Part shown: positions 27,919 to 37,085 of the stretch, piece by piece | Layout of the letters: every line of letters begins with the position of its first letter | How positions within the stretch are numbered: the first letter of the stretch is position 1 | Origin: Candidatus Micrarchaeota archaeon | GTDB lineage: Archaea; Micrarchaeota; Micrarchaeia; Burarchaeales; JAKAKT01 | DNA length: 64,000 bases | Assembly: GCA_041305385.1 (NCBI GenBank) | Contig: JBFYLO010000030.1 | Coordinates: 794-64,793 of the forward strand | Direction: 5' to 3' | The notes under the pieces: model-generated | Database searches by the model: none | What the model saw: only the letters and a program-made list of their open reading frames with translations | What the model was told of the DNA's origin: nothing | Position numbers and translations under genes: made by a program

Positions 27919-29229
27919 CTAGCGCCTTCCGCGCCCGCTGCGGTTCCCATAACCGCCGCTCCTGTTGCTCGGGCCGCCGTAATTCCTTCTCGGCCTCGAA
28001 TCCCAGCCTTGAGGACGGCTTCTCCTCGGTTCCCAGCCAGGGGGCAGCGTGCTTGTCCTGTGCTCTCCGCCCTCGCCTGGCTTCCCATGCCATCTGTCCG
28101 CCTCGTCTTTTCTCTTTGGGATGTCAAGCTTCTCCTCCTCCATAGTGATTCCGCAGTCACGCTCGATTGCACCGAGAAGGCCGAGCTCGTCTGTGGCGAC
28201 TATTGAGAACGCAACGCCCCCTTTCCCGGCTCTCCCTGTCCTCCCTACCCTGTGGGTATAAGTAAGGGGCTCTTCCGGGATGTTGAAGTTTATCACATGC
28301 GAGACGCCCGAGATGTCGAGCCCTCTTGCCGCCAGGTCAGTGGCAACGAGGGTGTTTATCATCCCTTTCTTGAACTTTTCCATGACGAAATCGCGCTTCC
28401 TCTGCGTGAGCCCGCCGTGGAGCGGCTCTGCCTTGTAACCGGACCTCAGCAGGTCCCCTTGGAGCCTGTCCACGAGAAATTTCGTCCTGCAGAAGATGAT
28501 TGTGTGGGTGGGCTTGTGCAGCCGCAAGTAGGCGAATAGCGCCCTGTAGCGGTCCCTGAAATCGACCTGCACGAACGTGTGCTTTATGTGCTTGATTGTT
28601 ATCTCGTCCTTGCTCACTGCAACGAAGTGCGGATAAAGCTGGTAATCCTTGGAAAGCTGCAGAATCTCTTCGGGCATTGTCGCCGAGAAAAGCATGGTCT
28701 GCCTCTGCTTCGGGACGTGGGAAAGAATCGCCCTTACATCGTCTATGAAACCCATGTCCAGCATCCGGTCGGCCTCGTCAATGACTACGCAGGAAACGTT
28801 TCCCAGTTCCAAGGTCCCTCGCTCCAGGTGGTCGAGAATCCTCCCCGGAGTCCCCACGACTATCTGCACTCCCTTCTCGAGCTTCTCAATCTGGACGTTG
28901 ATGCTCGTGCCGCCATAAACCGGCAGTATTCGGCCCTTCATGTACCTGCCGATTTTCTTTATCTCTTCGCTGATTTGAACTGCGAGCTCCCTCGTCGGGG
29001 CGAGAATCAGCGCCTGGGTGTCCCTTGAGTTTGGATCTATGGACTCGACAAGGTAGATTCCGAAAACCGCGGTCTTTCCAGTCCCTGTCTGCGCCTGCCC
29101 TATCACGTCCTCGCCCTGGAAGACGAGGGGAATAGCTTCCCTCTGGATGTCCGTGGGCTTTTGTATGCCCATTTCCGCCAGGGCCTTCATTACCTCGGGC
29201 CTGAGGTTAAAACTCTCAAAATTCTCCAT
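27919..29229 (-). CDS. DEAD-box ATP-dependent RNA helicase with a C-terminal RG/RGG-rich tail
   Basis: Q motif, AQTGTGKT, DEAD, SAT and HRVGRTGRAG motifs. Tail ...RRNYGGPSNRSGGYGNRSGRGRR. Confidence 0.85.
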   Translation of the reverse strand: MENFESFNLRPEVMKALAEMGIQKPTDIQREAIPLVFQGEDVIGQAQTGTGKTAVFGIYLVESIDPNSRDTQALILAPTRELAVQISEEIKKIGRYMKGRILPVYGGTSINVQIEKLEKGVQIVVGTPGRILDHLERGTLELGNVSCVVIDEADRMLDMGFIDDVRAILSHVPKQRQTMLFSATMPEEILQLSKDYQLYPHFVAVSKDEITIKHIKHTFVQVDFRDRYRALFAYLRLHKPTHTIIFCRTKFLVDRLQGDLLRSGYKAEPLHGGLTQRKRDFVMEKFKKGMINTLVATDLAARGLDISGVSHVINFNIPEEPLTYTHRVGRTGRAGKGGVAFSIVATDELGLLGAIERDCGITMEEEKLDIPKRKDEADRWHGKPGEGGEHRTSTLPPGWEPRRSRPQGWDSRPRRNYGGPSNRSGGYGNRSGRGRR

Positions 29230-29519
29230 TCTATCTTACTCCTTTCGCGAAGCAGCAGAATTAGTCCTCTGTCCTTCACGTTTATTGTTTATGAGATAAA
29301 TATGGCATGGAAGGATTTTAAACCTACGCACGAGGGAAAAGACCCGGGAGATGGAAAACGATTCGGAACAAACCAAAAGGAAAACGCGCTCCCTCGAGGG
29401 AGTTCGAGTTTTTTCCGAGAAAATGGGATTTGGTTAAACGTTCGCTTTTAACAAAGTTTATTAACCTGCTTTGGGATAATACTCTACTATTTCTTAGGGA
29501 GCTTTGTGGGGGAGAAAAC

Positions 29520-31040
29520 ATGGGGGATAAGGTTAAGCATAAATCAGGACATAAACAGCATGGGACCAAGAACCCTGGAAAACTGCAGAAAAAAGTAAAA
29601 CCATTGCCCCAAGACTGGATTAGAAGGCACAACCATAACGATGAAAAGAGGGAAAGACGGGAAGGAACTGGAGACCCGCGTGTTTTTGGTGGATCATTAA
29701 ACCGCCCACCATTGACTGCTGATGAACTTGCAACATTCGAGGTCAAAAGTGACGGGATAACAACCACAACGCAAAGCGAAACCCAACAGTCGATTTCTTC
29801 TGTTCTCGGGAAAATCAGAGAAAAAGTCATGAAACTGAAGAGGGATAGCGACGCCAAGCTCAACGAAGCACGAAGAAACCGGAGACCTTGGGAAGACCAG
29901 CCAGTGGGTGAGATAGAACAGTGGGTGAAAGCGCAAGAGCTCAGAGAAATTGATGTGAAGCTTCTTATGAATCCGGCTTTCCTGATGACAGAAGGCGGAC
30001 TTGAAAAAATTCCGCTTTTTGCCGGCAAAAGTCCTGAGGAGCAACTAAAAATTGCAGAAAGGATTCTGGGATCTCTCCGTGGGGGAGAACAGCTTTCCCC
30101 CGAGGCAACTGAAAAGAGGCGAGAGATTCTAGACAACTCGGCTAAGATGCGCGAATTCCTGGCAAACTTTGCAGAATTCCGTGGAACTGACGTAATTGAG
30201 GAAGGCCGGGAGCTCGGGTTGAACCGGGAATTTGTCAAGGCACTCGGGAGACCGGGTGCGGGAGACGTTTCTTTCGAGGCAATCAGGCCGTTCTTGCCAG
30301 AGAAAGGGCTCAGCAATAACTTGAGATTTTTGAGGGACAATTACGAGAAAACTGGCAGGTCTAGGTCCGAAATGAAAACTTTCTTTGGTTATGCAGAGCA
30401 GCTTAATAGGGACCTCTGCTCTCTTGCGGAATTGGTTGGTAGGGACGTTTATAACGTTGGGGCGGAGTTCGCACTATCAAAAGAAATGGTCGACGCATTC
30501 GCAAGGATAAGCGAGGACACACCTGGGAGGAAGATAATCGAACTTCTCCAGCCAGTCCTGGGGGCAGATTTGTCCAAAAGAACCGAATGGATTTACCAGA
30601 CCTACTTGAATGGAATAAGCTACAGACTCGGGAGAGAACGTGAGCGCGTCCTTAAAAATGAATCCATGGAGCTTGTGAGGACGCTCTGCAAAATGTGCAA
30701 TGGCGATGAGGCGTTTATGCATGACTTTCTGGGACTTGAGACGGCTCTTCAAAATATGTTTGGTTTCATGCCTGGGGACAGAAGTGGTGTCGCAAACCAA
30801 GTTCTTCGGTTTAATCAGGAGGGAGATAATGCGTTCAATGACAAACTTGCGCTCGTTGGCCCGACCTATTTCCTGATGTATATGAACACGAGTGCGAAGG
30901 TAGAAACAGTCAGAATGATGAACAACGCGCTGAGTGGATTCAGGGGAAAATATGGAGATCTGGTCGGCAATGAGTATGTAAAACCTGGGTGTCTTGAGGA
31001 ATTCGGTTTTAAGAAAACTGAAAGAGTTTTTAACTGGTAG
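29520..31040 (+). CDS. hypothetical helical protein with a basic N-terminus (lower GC)
   Basis: Start trimmed to MGDKVKHKSGHKQ. 507 aa with no recognised motifs. Confidence 0.4.
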   Translation: MGDKVKHKSGHKQHGTKNPGKLQKKVKPLPQDWIRRHNHNDEKRERREGTGDPRVFGGSLNRPPLTADELATFEVKSDGITTTTQSETQQSISSVLGKIREKVMKLKRDSDAKLNEARRNRRPWEDQPVGEIEQWVKAQELREIDVKLLMNPAFLMTEGGLEKIPLFAGKSPEEQLKIAERILGSLRGGEQLSPEATEKRREILDNSAKMREFLANFAEFRGTDVIEEGRELGLNREFVKALGRPGAGDVSFEAIRPFLPEKGLSNNLRFLRDNYEKTGRSRSEMKTFFGYAEQLNRDLCSLAELVGRDVYNVGAEFALSKEMVDAFARISEDTPGRKIIELLQPVLGADLSKRTEWIYQTYLNGISYRLGRERERVLKNESMELVRTLCKMCNGDEAFMHDFLGLETALQNMFGFMPGDRSGVANQVLRFNQEGDNAFNDKLALVGPTYFLMYMNTSAKVETVRMMNNALSGFRGKYGDLVGNEYVKPGCLEEFGFKKTERVFNW

Positions 31041-31090
31041 CGGTTTTGGCTCCAGAATCCATTATAAATCTCTTCCCCTAAATCCCTTCG

Positions 31091-31711
31091 ATGGAAAGGG
31101 TAAGTGTGGATGAATACGACAGGGCCCTTGAGCTGGCCTGCGAAGCGCTCAAGAAAGGGAAGCTCATAATTTACCCCACTGACACTCTTTATGGAATCGG
31201 AGCGGACGCGAGGAGCGAGGAAGCCGTGGCTGAAGTCAGGAAAGCCAAGGCCCGGGAGGATAAGCCGATTTCTATTGTCTGCTCCGGGCTCGAGATGATT
31301 GAGAAACACTGCGAAGTGAGCGGGAAGAACCGGGACCTGATGACTGAGATGTTCCCAGGGCCGTATACTGCGATTTTGCCCCTGAAAGAGGGATTGGCGG
31401 GGAATCTGGGCGGGGGAAAGACAATCGGGGTTCGGGTCCCAGAGTATTTCTTCCTCCTTGACTTGGTGAAGGCGTGCGGGTTCCCGATAACCTCAACGAG
31501 TGCGAATATTTCCGGGGGGAAGGAGCCCTGCTCGCTTGAGGAGGTTGCCAAGGAAGTGCTCGGGAAAGCCGAGATTGCCATTGACGGGGGGAAGTGCTTC
31601 CATTCTGCGCCATCGACTGTGGTGGATTTGAGCGGGGACTCGCCCAAGGTGCTCAGACAGGGGGCAGGGAAGTTCCCTCCTAAGAAGGACTTTGACCCGA
31701 GCGTCATTTGA
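31091..31711 (+). CDS. tsaC: L-threonylcarbamoyladenylate synthase (Sua5/YrdC/TsaC, YrdC-domain only)
   Basis: IIYPTDTLYGIGADARSEEAV and the later ITSTSANISG block. 206 aa. Confidence 0.7.
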   Translation: MERVSVDEYDRALELACEALKKGKLIIYPTDTLYGIGADARSEEAVAEVRKAKAREDKPISIVCSGLEMIEKHCEVSGKNRDLMTEMFPGPYTAILPLKEGLAGNLGGGKTIGVRVPEYFFLLDLVKACGFPITSTSANISGGKEPCSLEEVAKEVLGKAEIAIDGGKCFHSAPSTVVDLSGDSPKVLRQGAGKFPPKKDFDPSVI

Positions 31712-31720
31712 GGGGAGCAG

Positions 31721-32305
31721 GTGAGCGTCTGTTTTGAAAATTTTGTATTTGATATTCTCCCGGGGGTTTACGAGCCTGCGGAGGACTCATTCATGCTGGC
31801 AGAGCATTCGAAAGAGCTGACCGGGGATTTGCTCGACGTGGGGACTGGGTGCGGAATCCAGGCGATTGTGGCGAGGAAGGCGAGGGCAACTGGGATAGAT
31901 GTAAACGAAAAGGCAGTTGAGAATGCAAAAGTGAATGCCAAACAAAACAAATCGAGTGCTGTTTTTTTTGATTCTGATTTGTTTGAACAGGTTGAGGGGA
32001 AATTCGATTTTATCGTTTTTAATCCCCCTTATTTACCGACCTCCAAGGAGGAAAAGCTGGCAGGACCTGAAAACCTTGCCTATGATGGCGGGGAAAACGG
32101 AAGGGAGCTGATTGACAGGTTTATCGATGAGTTCCCGCCTTATTTGAAAGATGGCGGGGAGCTTCTGATTCTGCTCTCGAGCCTATCCGATAAGGGCGAA
32201 ACTGGAGAAAAACTGAGGGAGACGGGATTTTCGAGCGAGGAGCTTGCGAAAAAACATGTCGGGCTATTTGAGGAGCTGAGAGTGCTAAGAGCTTGGAGGG
32301 AATGA
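31721..32305 (+). CDS. HemK/PrmC-family protein-glutamine N5-methyltransferase (archaeal Mtq2-like)
   Basis: SAM motif LLDVGTGCGIQAIV and the catalytic NPPY (FIVFNPPYLPT). GTG start. Confidence 0.65.
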   Translation: MSVCFENFVFDILPGVYEPAEDSFMLAEHSKELTGDLLDVGTGCGIQAIVARKARATGIDVNEKAVENAKVNAKQNKSSAVFFDSDLFEQVEGKFDFIVFNPPYLPTSKEEKLAGPENLAYDGGENGRELIDRFIDEFPPYLKDGGELLILLSSLSDKGETGEKLRETGFSSEELAKKHVGLFEELRVLRAWRE

Positions 32306-32334
32306 GGCGAGGCGAAAGTATGTTGGACGAAGGT

Positions 32335-32385
32335 TTTTATATGTTATCCCAAAAAAGATAATGTTATCCCTTTTTGGATATGTGG
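32335..32385 (+). promoter_or_regulatory. operator/promoter upstream of the MNT–HEPN pair: direct repeat atgttatccc x2 with a ccaaaaaag/ctttttgg inverted flank
   Basis: tatatgttatcccaaaaaagataatgttatccctttttggatatg immediately upstream of the ATG at 32390. Confidence 0.4.
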
Positions 32386-32389
32386 TTGT

Positions 32390-32923
32390 ATGGATGCTGT
32401 CGAACTTCTAAGCTATTCCGGTGCCCGGGAGCTATTCCTGACTCTGCGGGCCTACCCCAAAAGGCAGTTCACCATAAACGAGCTTTCGAAAACCGCTCGC
32501 CTACCGTTCACAACCACATGGAAACTAGTCAGGAAATTCGAACTTGCGCAGATAGTCGAAGTATCAACGATAGGAAAGAGCAGGGCGGTGGGGTATAAAG
32601 AAAGTCCCTACTCTAAACTTGTATCCGACATCCTCAAGATGAGCGTTTCCCCGCAAACTCTCGCCCTGCCTGAGCTGAAGCGCATTCTAAGAGCGAAAAA
32701 GGGAGTGCTTGAGGCATATCTTTTCGGAAGCGTTGCGCTGAAAAAAGAGAAGCTGGAAAGCGACATCGACATCGCATTACTTACTTCAAAGAAAGTGGAT
32801 CTCCCATCGCTTATTTCGGTTATATACGAACAATATGGTGTGAAAACAGTGCCCCTGGAGTTTGACTCCAAGGAGGAGTTTGAGGATTTCCTTCGGGATA
32901 AAAAAAAGGTGAGGTTGTTATGA
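32390..32923 (+). CDS. minimal nucleotidyltransferase (MNT) with an N-terminal wHTH; antitoxin-like partner of HEPN
   Basis: Nucleotidyltransferase motif YLFGSVALKKEKLESDIDIALL. The N-terminal 90 aa are wHTH-like. Confidence 0.6.
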   Translation: MDAVELLSYSGARELFLTLRAYPKRQFTINELSKTARLPFTTTWKLVRKFELAQIVEVSTIGKSRAVGYKESPYSKLVSDILKMSVSPQTLALPELKRILRAKKGVLEAYLFGSVALKKEKLESDIDIALLTSKKVDLPSLISVIYEQYGVKTVPLEFDSKEEFEDFLRDKKKVRLL

Positions 32924-33315
32924 GCGACAGTCCAGAACGCGCGATTGGAGAGGCTGAAAATTGGCTAGTCTCTGCAAAGGATAAGCTCGCTCTTGCTGAG
33001 ACTGAAGATGTCGCCGCTAACGTGTGCTGCTCACTTGCGATTCATGCAATTATTCGGGCAAATGATGCCGTTACTTTGAAATTTCTTCGCCTGAAAGGAA
33101 CCCGCCACGATGATGCGCCGGCTATGTTCTCAAAGCTTCTGCAGCAGGGGAAGATTGCAAGCGAAAACCGGCGCTTCCTCAGGCTCCTGCAGAAGGCGAT
33201 GGTTGATAAGAGCGGGGCTGATTACGGAAAAGGGATGTTCAACTACGAGAAAGCAAAACGATATGTGGAAGACGCTGGAGAGTTTGTTTCCGCAGTGAAG
33301 GGGCTGATTCGATGA
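32920..33315 (+). CDS. HEPN domain protein (toxin-like partner of MNT)
   Basis: ATGA overlap with MNT. R-x(4-6)-H motif in FLRLKGTRHDD. 131 aa, all-helical. Confidence 0.55.
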   Translation: MSDSPERAIGEAENWLVSAKDKLALAETEDVAANVCCSLAIHAIIRANDAVTLKFLRLKGTRHDDAPAMFSKLLQQGKIASENRRFLRLLQKAMVDKSGADYGKGMFNYEKAKRYVEDAGEFVSAVKGLIR

Positions 33316-33339
33316 GTTCGGTTCTGAAGGGGGATTGCT

Positions 33340-34053
33340 TTGGCTGAATTCAAGATAATTCTTGTCGGAACTGAGTATCCCATTAACCTGGGCTACTGTG
33401 CCAGAGTGCTCGCTAACTTCGGCTACCCTGAAATGCATCTTGTAAAGCCGAAAGCGAAAATCGGGAAGACGGCGATAATGCACGCAAAGCACGGGAGAGG
33501 GGTGCTGGAGAAGGCGAAAGTCTACGGGACGCTGGAAGCTGCCACGCGGGACTGCGATTTCATTGTTGGCACTACTGGGATAACGAAAAAGGGGAAGGAG
33601 ACGCTCAGGAATCCCATTAACCTGGAGAAGTTTGCCGGGAAGGCGGAGAAGGAAAGCGCGAAATTCGCAATTCTTTTCGGGAGGGAGGGGACCGGGCTGA
33701 GCGCCGAGGAGATAAAGAAGTGCGACTTCCTGGTTTCAGTTCCAACCAGCAAGAGTTACCCTGTCCTCAATCTCTCGCACGCACTCGCCATCGTCCTTTA
33801 TAGGGTTTCGAGGACGAAGAACTGCGGGTTTGCGAAAGGCGCGAAAGAAAGGGAGAAAAATGAGCTGATAAAGACTTTTTCCGAGCTCACTGACTTCTAC
33901 AAGCCCCATCTTAGAAACGGGGACAAAATCAAGCTCGCGTTCAGGAGGATGATTGGCAGGTCGATGGTTACCGAGCTCGAGGCCTCGGCCCTGCTCTGCG
34001 TTTTCAAGAAAGCGAAAGAGGAAATTAGGGGGAAGAGGAGAAAAGAAAAATAG
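33340..34053 (+). CDS. trmJ: SPOUT (SpoU/TrmH) RNA 2'-O-methyltransferase, TrmJ-like
   Basis: KIILVGTEYPINLGYCARVLANFG...AILFGREGTGLSAEEIKKCDFLVSVPT...LNLSHALAIVLY parallels E. coli TrmJ block by block. Confidence 0.7.
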   Translation: MAEFKIILVGTEYPINLGYCARVLANFGYPEMHLVKPKAKIGKTAIMHAKHGRGVLEKAKVYGTLEAATRDCDFIVGTTGITKKGKETLRNPINLEKFAGKAEKESAKFAILFGREGTGLSAEEIKKCDFLVSVPTSKSYPVLNLSHALAIVLYRVSRTKNCGFAKGAKEREKNELIKTFSELTDFYKPHLRNGDKIKLAFRRMIGRSMVTELEASALLCVFKKAKEEIRGKRRKEK

Positions 34054-34062
34054 GGAAAAAAG

Positions 34063-34440
34063 CTAGCCGCTGCTGGCCGGCTTCTTCGACTTGACTATCT
34101 TTATCTTAGAAGGAGTGAGTAGAATCTTGTCGTTGTCTATCCTCGCGATGTCGCCGTTGACCTTGTTCACATACTCCTTCAGGTCCGCCACTATCATCTT
34201 GAGCTTCGCGGCGTTCCTCGCCATGGGCGACATGTTCAGAAGGATGATGTTCCTCTGCCTCAGCTCGTCCTCGATGATTTTTATGTCTGCCTCGCTCTCC
34301 AGGGCAACGGGCTTCACGTAGAAGTCAGCGGGCTCATGGAGAACGTCGACGTTCTCAAGCTCAACAGTGTCCATGTACTCCTCGATGTCCATGTCCTTTG
34401 AGAAGCCGAAAGCCTTTGATAGCTTTTCGAATATGCTCAT
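34063..34440 (-). CDS. sepF: SepF-like cell division protein (DUF552)
   Basis: 125 aa. The pattern ...DFYVKPVALESEADIKIIEDELRQRNIILLNMSPMARNAAKLKMIVADLKEYVNKVNGDIARIDNDKILLTP is characteristic of archaeal SepF. Confidence 0.5.
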   Translation of the reverse strand: MSIFEKLSKAFGFSKDMDIEEYMDTVELENVDVLHEPADFYVKPVALESEADIKIIEDELRQRNIILLNMSPMARNAAKLKMIVADLKEYVNKVNGDIARIDNDKILLTPSKIKIVKSKKPASSG

Positions 34441-34515
34441 ATTTCCACCTCAGTACTCCAAACGAACATTCAACGTAACAGTTATTAAATCCTATATTAT
34501 AAATCTTTCTGTCCG

Positions 34516-35724
34516 GTGGTGCCGTTGCCAGATTCTTTCAAGGAAATTCTCTCCCGAGAGTCAGTGTTCGTCAAGCGGGATGTCCTTTCTCCGCATTACA
34601 TCCCTGGGAAGCTGCCTCACAGGGAGAAGGAGATTGAGAAGATAATGAGGTCGGTCTCGCCGGCAATTCAGGGCGAGAAGCCGAGGAACCTTTTCATTTA
34701 CGGGAAGACCGGCACCGGGAAGACGAGCACCGTCAAGTATGTTCTTAACAAGCTCGGGGAGGAGGGTGCGAAAGCCCCCGTATCATTCATAAACTGCAGG
34801 ATGTACGGGTCGCGCTACAAGGTAATGCAGCGGATGGCGCAGGACCACATACCTGAGCACGCCAAGCCGGGCTACGGAATCTCCTATTTCTACGAGAGGC
34901 TTCTGGATTGGATAGAGGAAGACGGGAAGCAGCTGATAGTGGTTCTCGATGAGGTGGACATGGTGAAGGACCTGGACGACCTTCTTTATACGCTCACGCG
35001 CTCCAACGACGACCTGAAAAAAGGCGGGGTCTCGTTAGTCGGAATCTCGAACCGCTTGAACTTCAAGGAGAGGCTCGACCCGCGCTCCATGAGCAGCCTG
35101 CTTGAAACCGAGATTGTGTTTTCCCCCTACAATTCCAAGGAGCTCGCCGGGATTCTCGAAGCTAGAAGCAAGGCGGGGTTCGCCAAGGGGGCAGTGGACG
35201 AGTCGGCGATTAACCTGGCTGCGGCCATTGCTGCCCAGGAGACAGGAGACGCGAGGTATGCGCTCAAGCTCCTGTTCAGGGGCGGGGAGATTGCCGATGA
35301 GAAGGGCGAGAGGCCTGTGGCTGACAGGCATGTGGAGGAGGCGAGGAAGAGCGTTGACGAGGGGGTTGCAGCAGATGCCATAAGCACGCTGCCCGACCAC
35401 CAGCAGATTGTCCTCTATGCGATAGCCAAGCTCACTCTGAGGGGCTCCAGGTATTCCAGGCTGGACAGTGGAAACGGCCAGGGCGAGAACTACCTGCTCT
35501 CCGGGGAGGTCTATGAGGATTACGTGGAATCCTCGAAAAAGTTCCACAAGATGGCGAGGAGCGCCCGCTGGTTCAGGCAGTATCTCAATGACCTGGAGAT
35601 GCTCGGGCTCATAACGATGGTGGATTCAGGGAAAGGCCAGCGCGGGCATACTCGGTTCATAAAGATTGCTTACTCGGCGGAGAAAATAAAGGAGATTGTC
35701 GAGAAGCATCTGAGCGGTGAGTAA
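34516..35724 (+). CDS. orc1: Orc1/Cdc6 replication initiator
   Basis: Walker A GKTGTGKTSTVKYV, Walker B LIVVLDEVD, and a C-terminal winged helix. 402 aa. Confidence 0.85.
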   Translation: MVPLPDSFKEILSRESVFVKRDVLSPHYIPGKLPHREKEIEKIMRSVSPAIQGEKPRNLFIYGKTGTGKTSTVKYVLNKLGEEGAKAPVSFINCRMYGSRYKVMQRMAQDHIPEHAKPGYGISYFYERLLDWIEEDGKQLIVVLDEVDMVKDLDDLLYTLTRSNDDLKKGGVSLVGISNRLNFKERLDPRSMSSLLETEIVFSPYNSKELAGILEARSKAGFAKGAVDESAINLAAAIAAQETGDARYALKLLFRGGEIADEKGERPVADRHVEEARKSVDEGVAADAISTLPDHQQIVLYAIAKLTLRGSRYSRLDSGNGQGENYLLSGEVYEDYVESSKKFHKMARSARWFRQYLNDLEMLGLITMVDSGKGQRGHTRFIKIAYSAEKIKEIVEKHLSGE

Positions 35725-36280
35725 GATGGCTGGGAAAGACGCGAGGCTGGTAGATTTCCTTTTCGAAGCCGGGATGCTGAAGGACACCCCGAGGAGCGGG
35801 TGGCTCACCATCGGGATTAAGGACCCGGAGAGCGTGGCAGAGCATTCGTTCAGGACTGCCCTTATCGGCTGGGTTTTGGCAAAGCTCGAGAAAGCGAACT
35901 GGGAGAGAGTCCTGGGGATGTGCCTGCTCCATGACCTGGAGGAGACGAGGCTCGGGGACCTTCATACTGTGAACAGGGTTTATTTGAAGGAGAAAAAGAG
36001 CGCCTACGCGGATATTTTCAAAGGCTTGTTCTGCGAGAGCGAAATGAAAGAGCTGGCCCGGGAGCTGAAGGAGATGAAAACCAAGGAAGCTGTGATTGCC
36101 CGCGACGCCGATAAGCTCGAGATGGTTTTCCAAGCGAAAGAGTACCGGGACCAGGGGAAAAAATATGCCGAGGACTGGATTAGGAGCGGAATGAGGGGGC
36201 TTAGGACTAAGAGCGCGGAGAGGATTGCGAGGGAAGCCCTGAAGAGGGACTCGAGGGAATGGCTGTTTGGGATAAAGTAG
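35717..36280 (+). CDS. HD-domain phosphohydrolase (YfbR-like 5'-nucleotidase family)
   Basis: HSFRTALIGWVLA...LLHDLEETRLGD (H...HD...D metal ligands). 8-nt overlap with orc1. Confidence 0.65.
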   Translation: MSKMAGKDARLVDFLFEAGMLKDTPRSGWLTIGIKDPESVAEHSFRTALIGWVLAKLEKANWERVLGMCLLHDLEETRLGDLHTVNRVYLKEKKSAYADIFKGLFCESEMKELARELKEMKTKEAVIARDADKLEMVFQAKEYRDQGKKYAEDWIRSGMRGLRTKSAERIAREALKRDSREWLFGIK

Positions 36281-36283
36281 CAG

Positions 36284-36829
36284 TCAACTTCTATTTCTGT
36301 CGTTCCAGCTTATTGCTATCAGGAAGAGCGCTGTTGCCGACGCAGTGAAAAGAAGGACCCCGAACCTGGTGGGCCCTGAGAGCAGGCCGTACATGGAAAA
36401 CAGGAGGGTGCCTGCCGAGACTGCGAGGCCGAGCCAATAGGACCACTCCCGCGTCATCAGTATGCCGTAGCCGGAAAACAGGTAGACGAGAACCTTGGCG
36501 CCTTCGATTGAAAAATAGATTGCCTCAGCGGGGAGATTCGCCCCGCTGGCCCTGGAAAAAAGGAATGCCTGCACAAGTCCAATTGCATCCAACGCCGACT
36601 TTGCAGCCACTGCCAGTCCGAGAAGCAGGAGCATCGCCCCGGCTGCCATCTGGCGGGTCGTCAAGAACGACCGCTCGGGAATCTCGAGCGAGGATTCGGC
36701 CATTGCTTCGAGGCAGTCGAGGCATAACTTGCGCTCACCCACGGTCTCGAGACAATGCTCGCAGAAAAAATTCCTGCAGAACATGCACGAGCCGGCTGCT
36801 GCCTGTTCCGGGTGGTTGAGGCACCTCAT
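36284..36829 (-). CDS. membrane protein with an N-terminal zinc-ribbon
   Basis: CLNHPEQAAAGSCMFCRNFFCEHC...CLDC followed by 4 predicted TM helices. Confidence 0.4.
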   Translation of the reverse strand: MRCLNHPEQAAAGSCMFCRNFFCEHCLETVGERKLCLDCLEAMAESSLEIPERSFLTTRQMAAGAMLLLLGLAVAAKSALDAIGLVQAFLFSRASGANLPAEAIYFSIEGAKVLVYLFSGYGILMTREWSYWLGLAVSAGTLLFSMYGLLSGPTRFGVLLFTASATALFLIAISWNDRNRS

Positions 36830-36848
36830 AGGATCGCGCTTGAGGAGA

Positions 36849-37085
36849 TTACTTGTTATACTTCCTCATGGCCTGCCTTTTCTTCTTCTCGTATATCCTC
36901 CTGTGCTTTCCGCAGCTCGGGCAGTAGTAGGCAGTCTGCGTGTTGAAAACCTTTATGTCGTCGGCGCTTCGCAGGTCGGTGCTGTACATGACTCGGCTGT
37001 CGTACCGTACTGACTTGCTTCTCCTAATGCTTCGGCCGCATCCTGCGCAAACCATCAGCTGGTCACTTCCTCTTCTGCTTCCCAT
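36849..37085 (-). CDS. small basic zinc-ribbon protein
   Basis: 78 aa with two CxxC pairs (CAGCG..., CPSCG) and a Lys/Arg-rich tail. Confidence 0.35.
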   Translation of the reverse strand: MGSRRGSDQLMVCAGCGRSIRRSKSVRYDSRVMYSTDLRSADDIKVFNTQTAYYCPSCGKHRRIYEKKKRQAMRKYNK

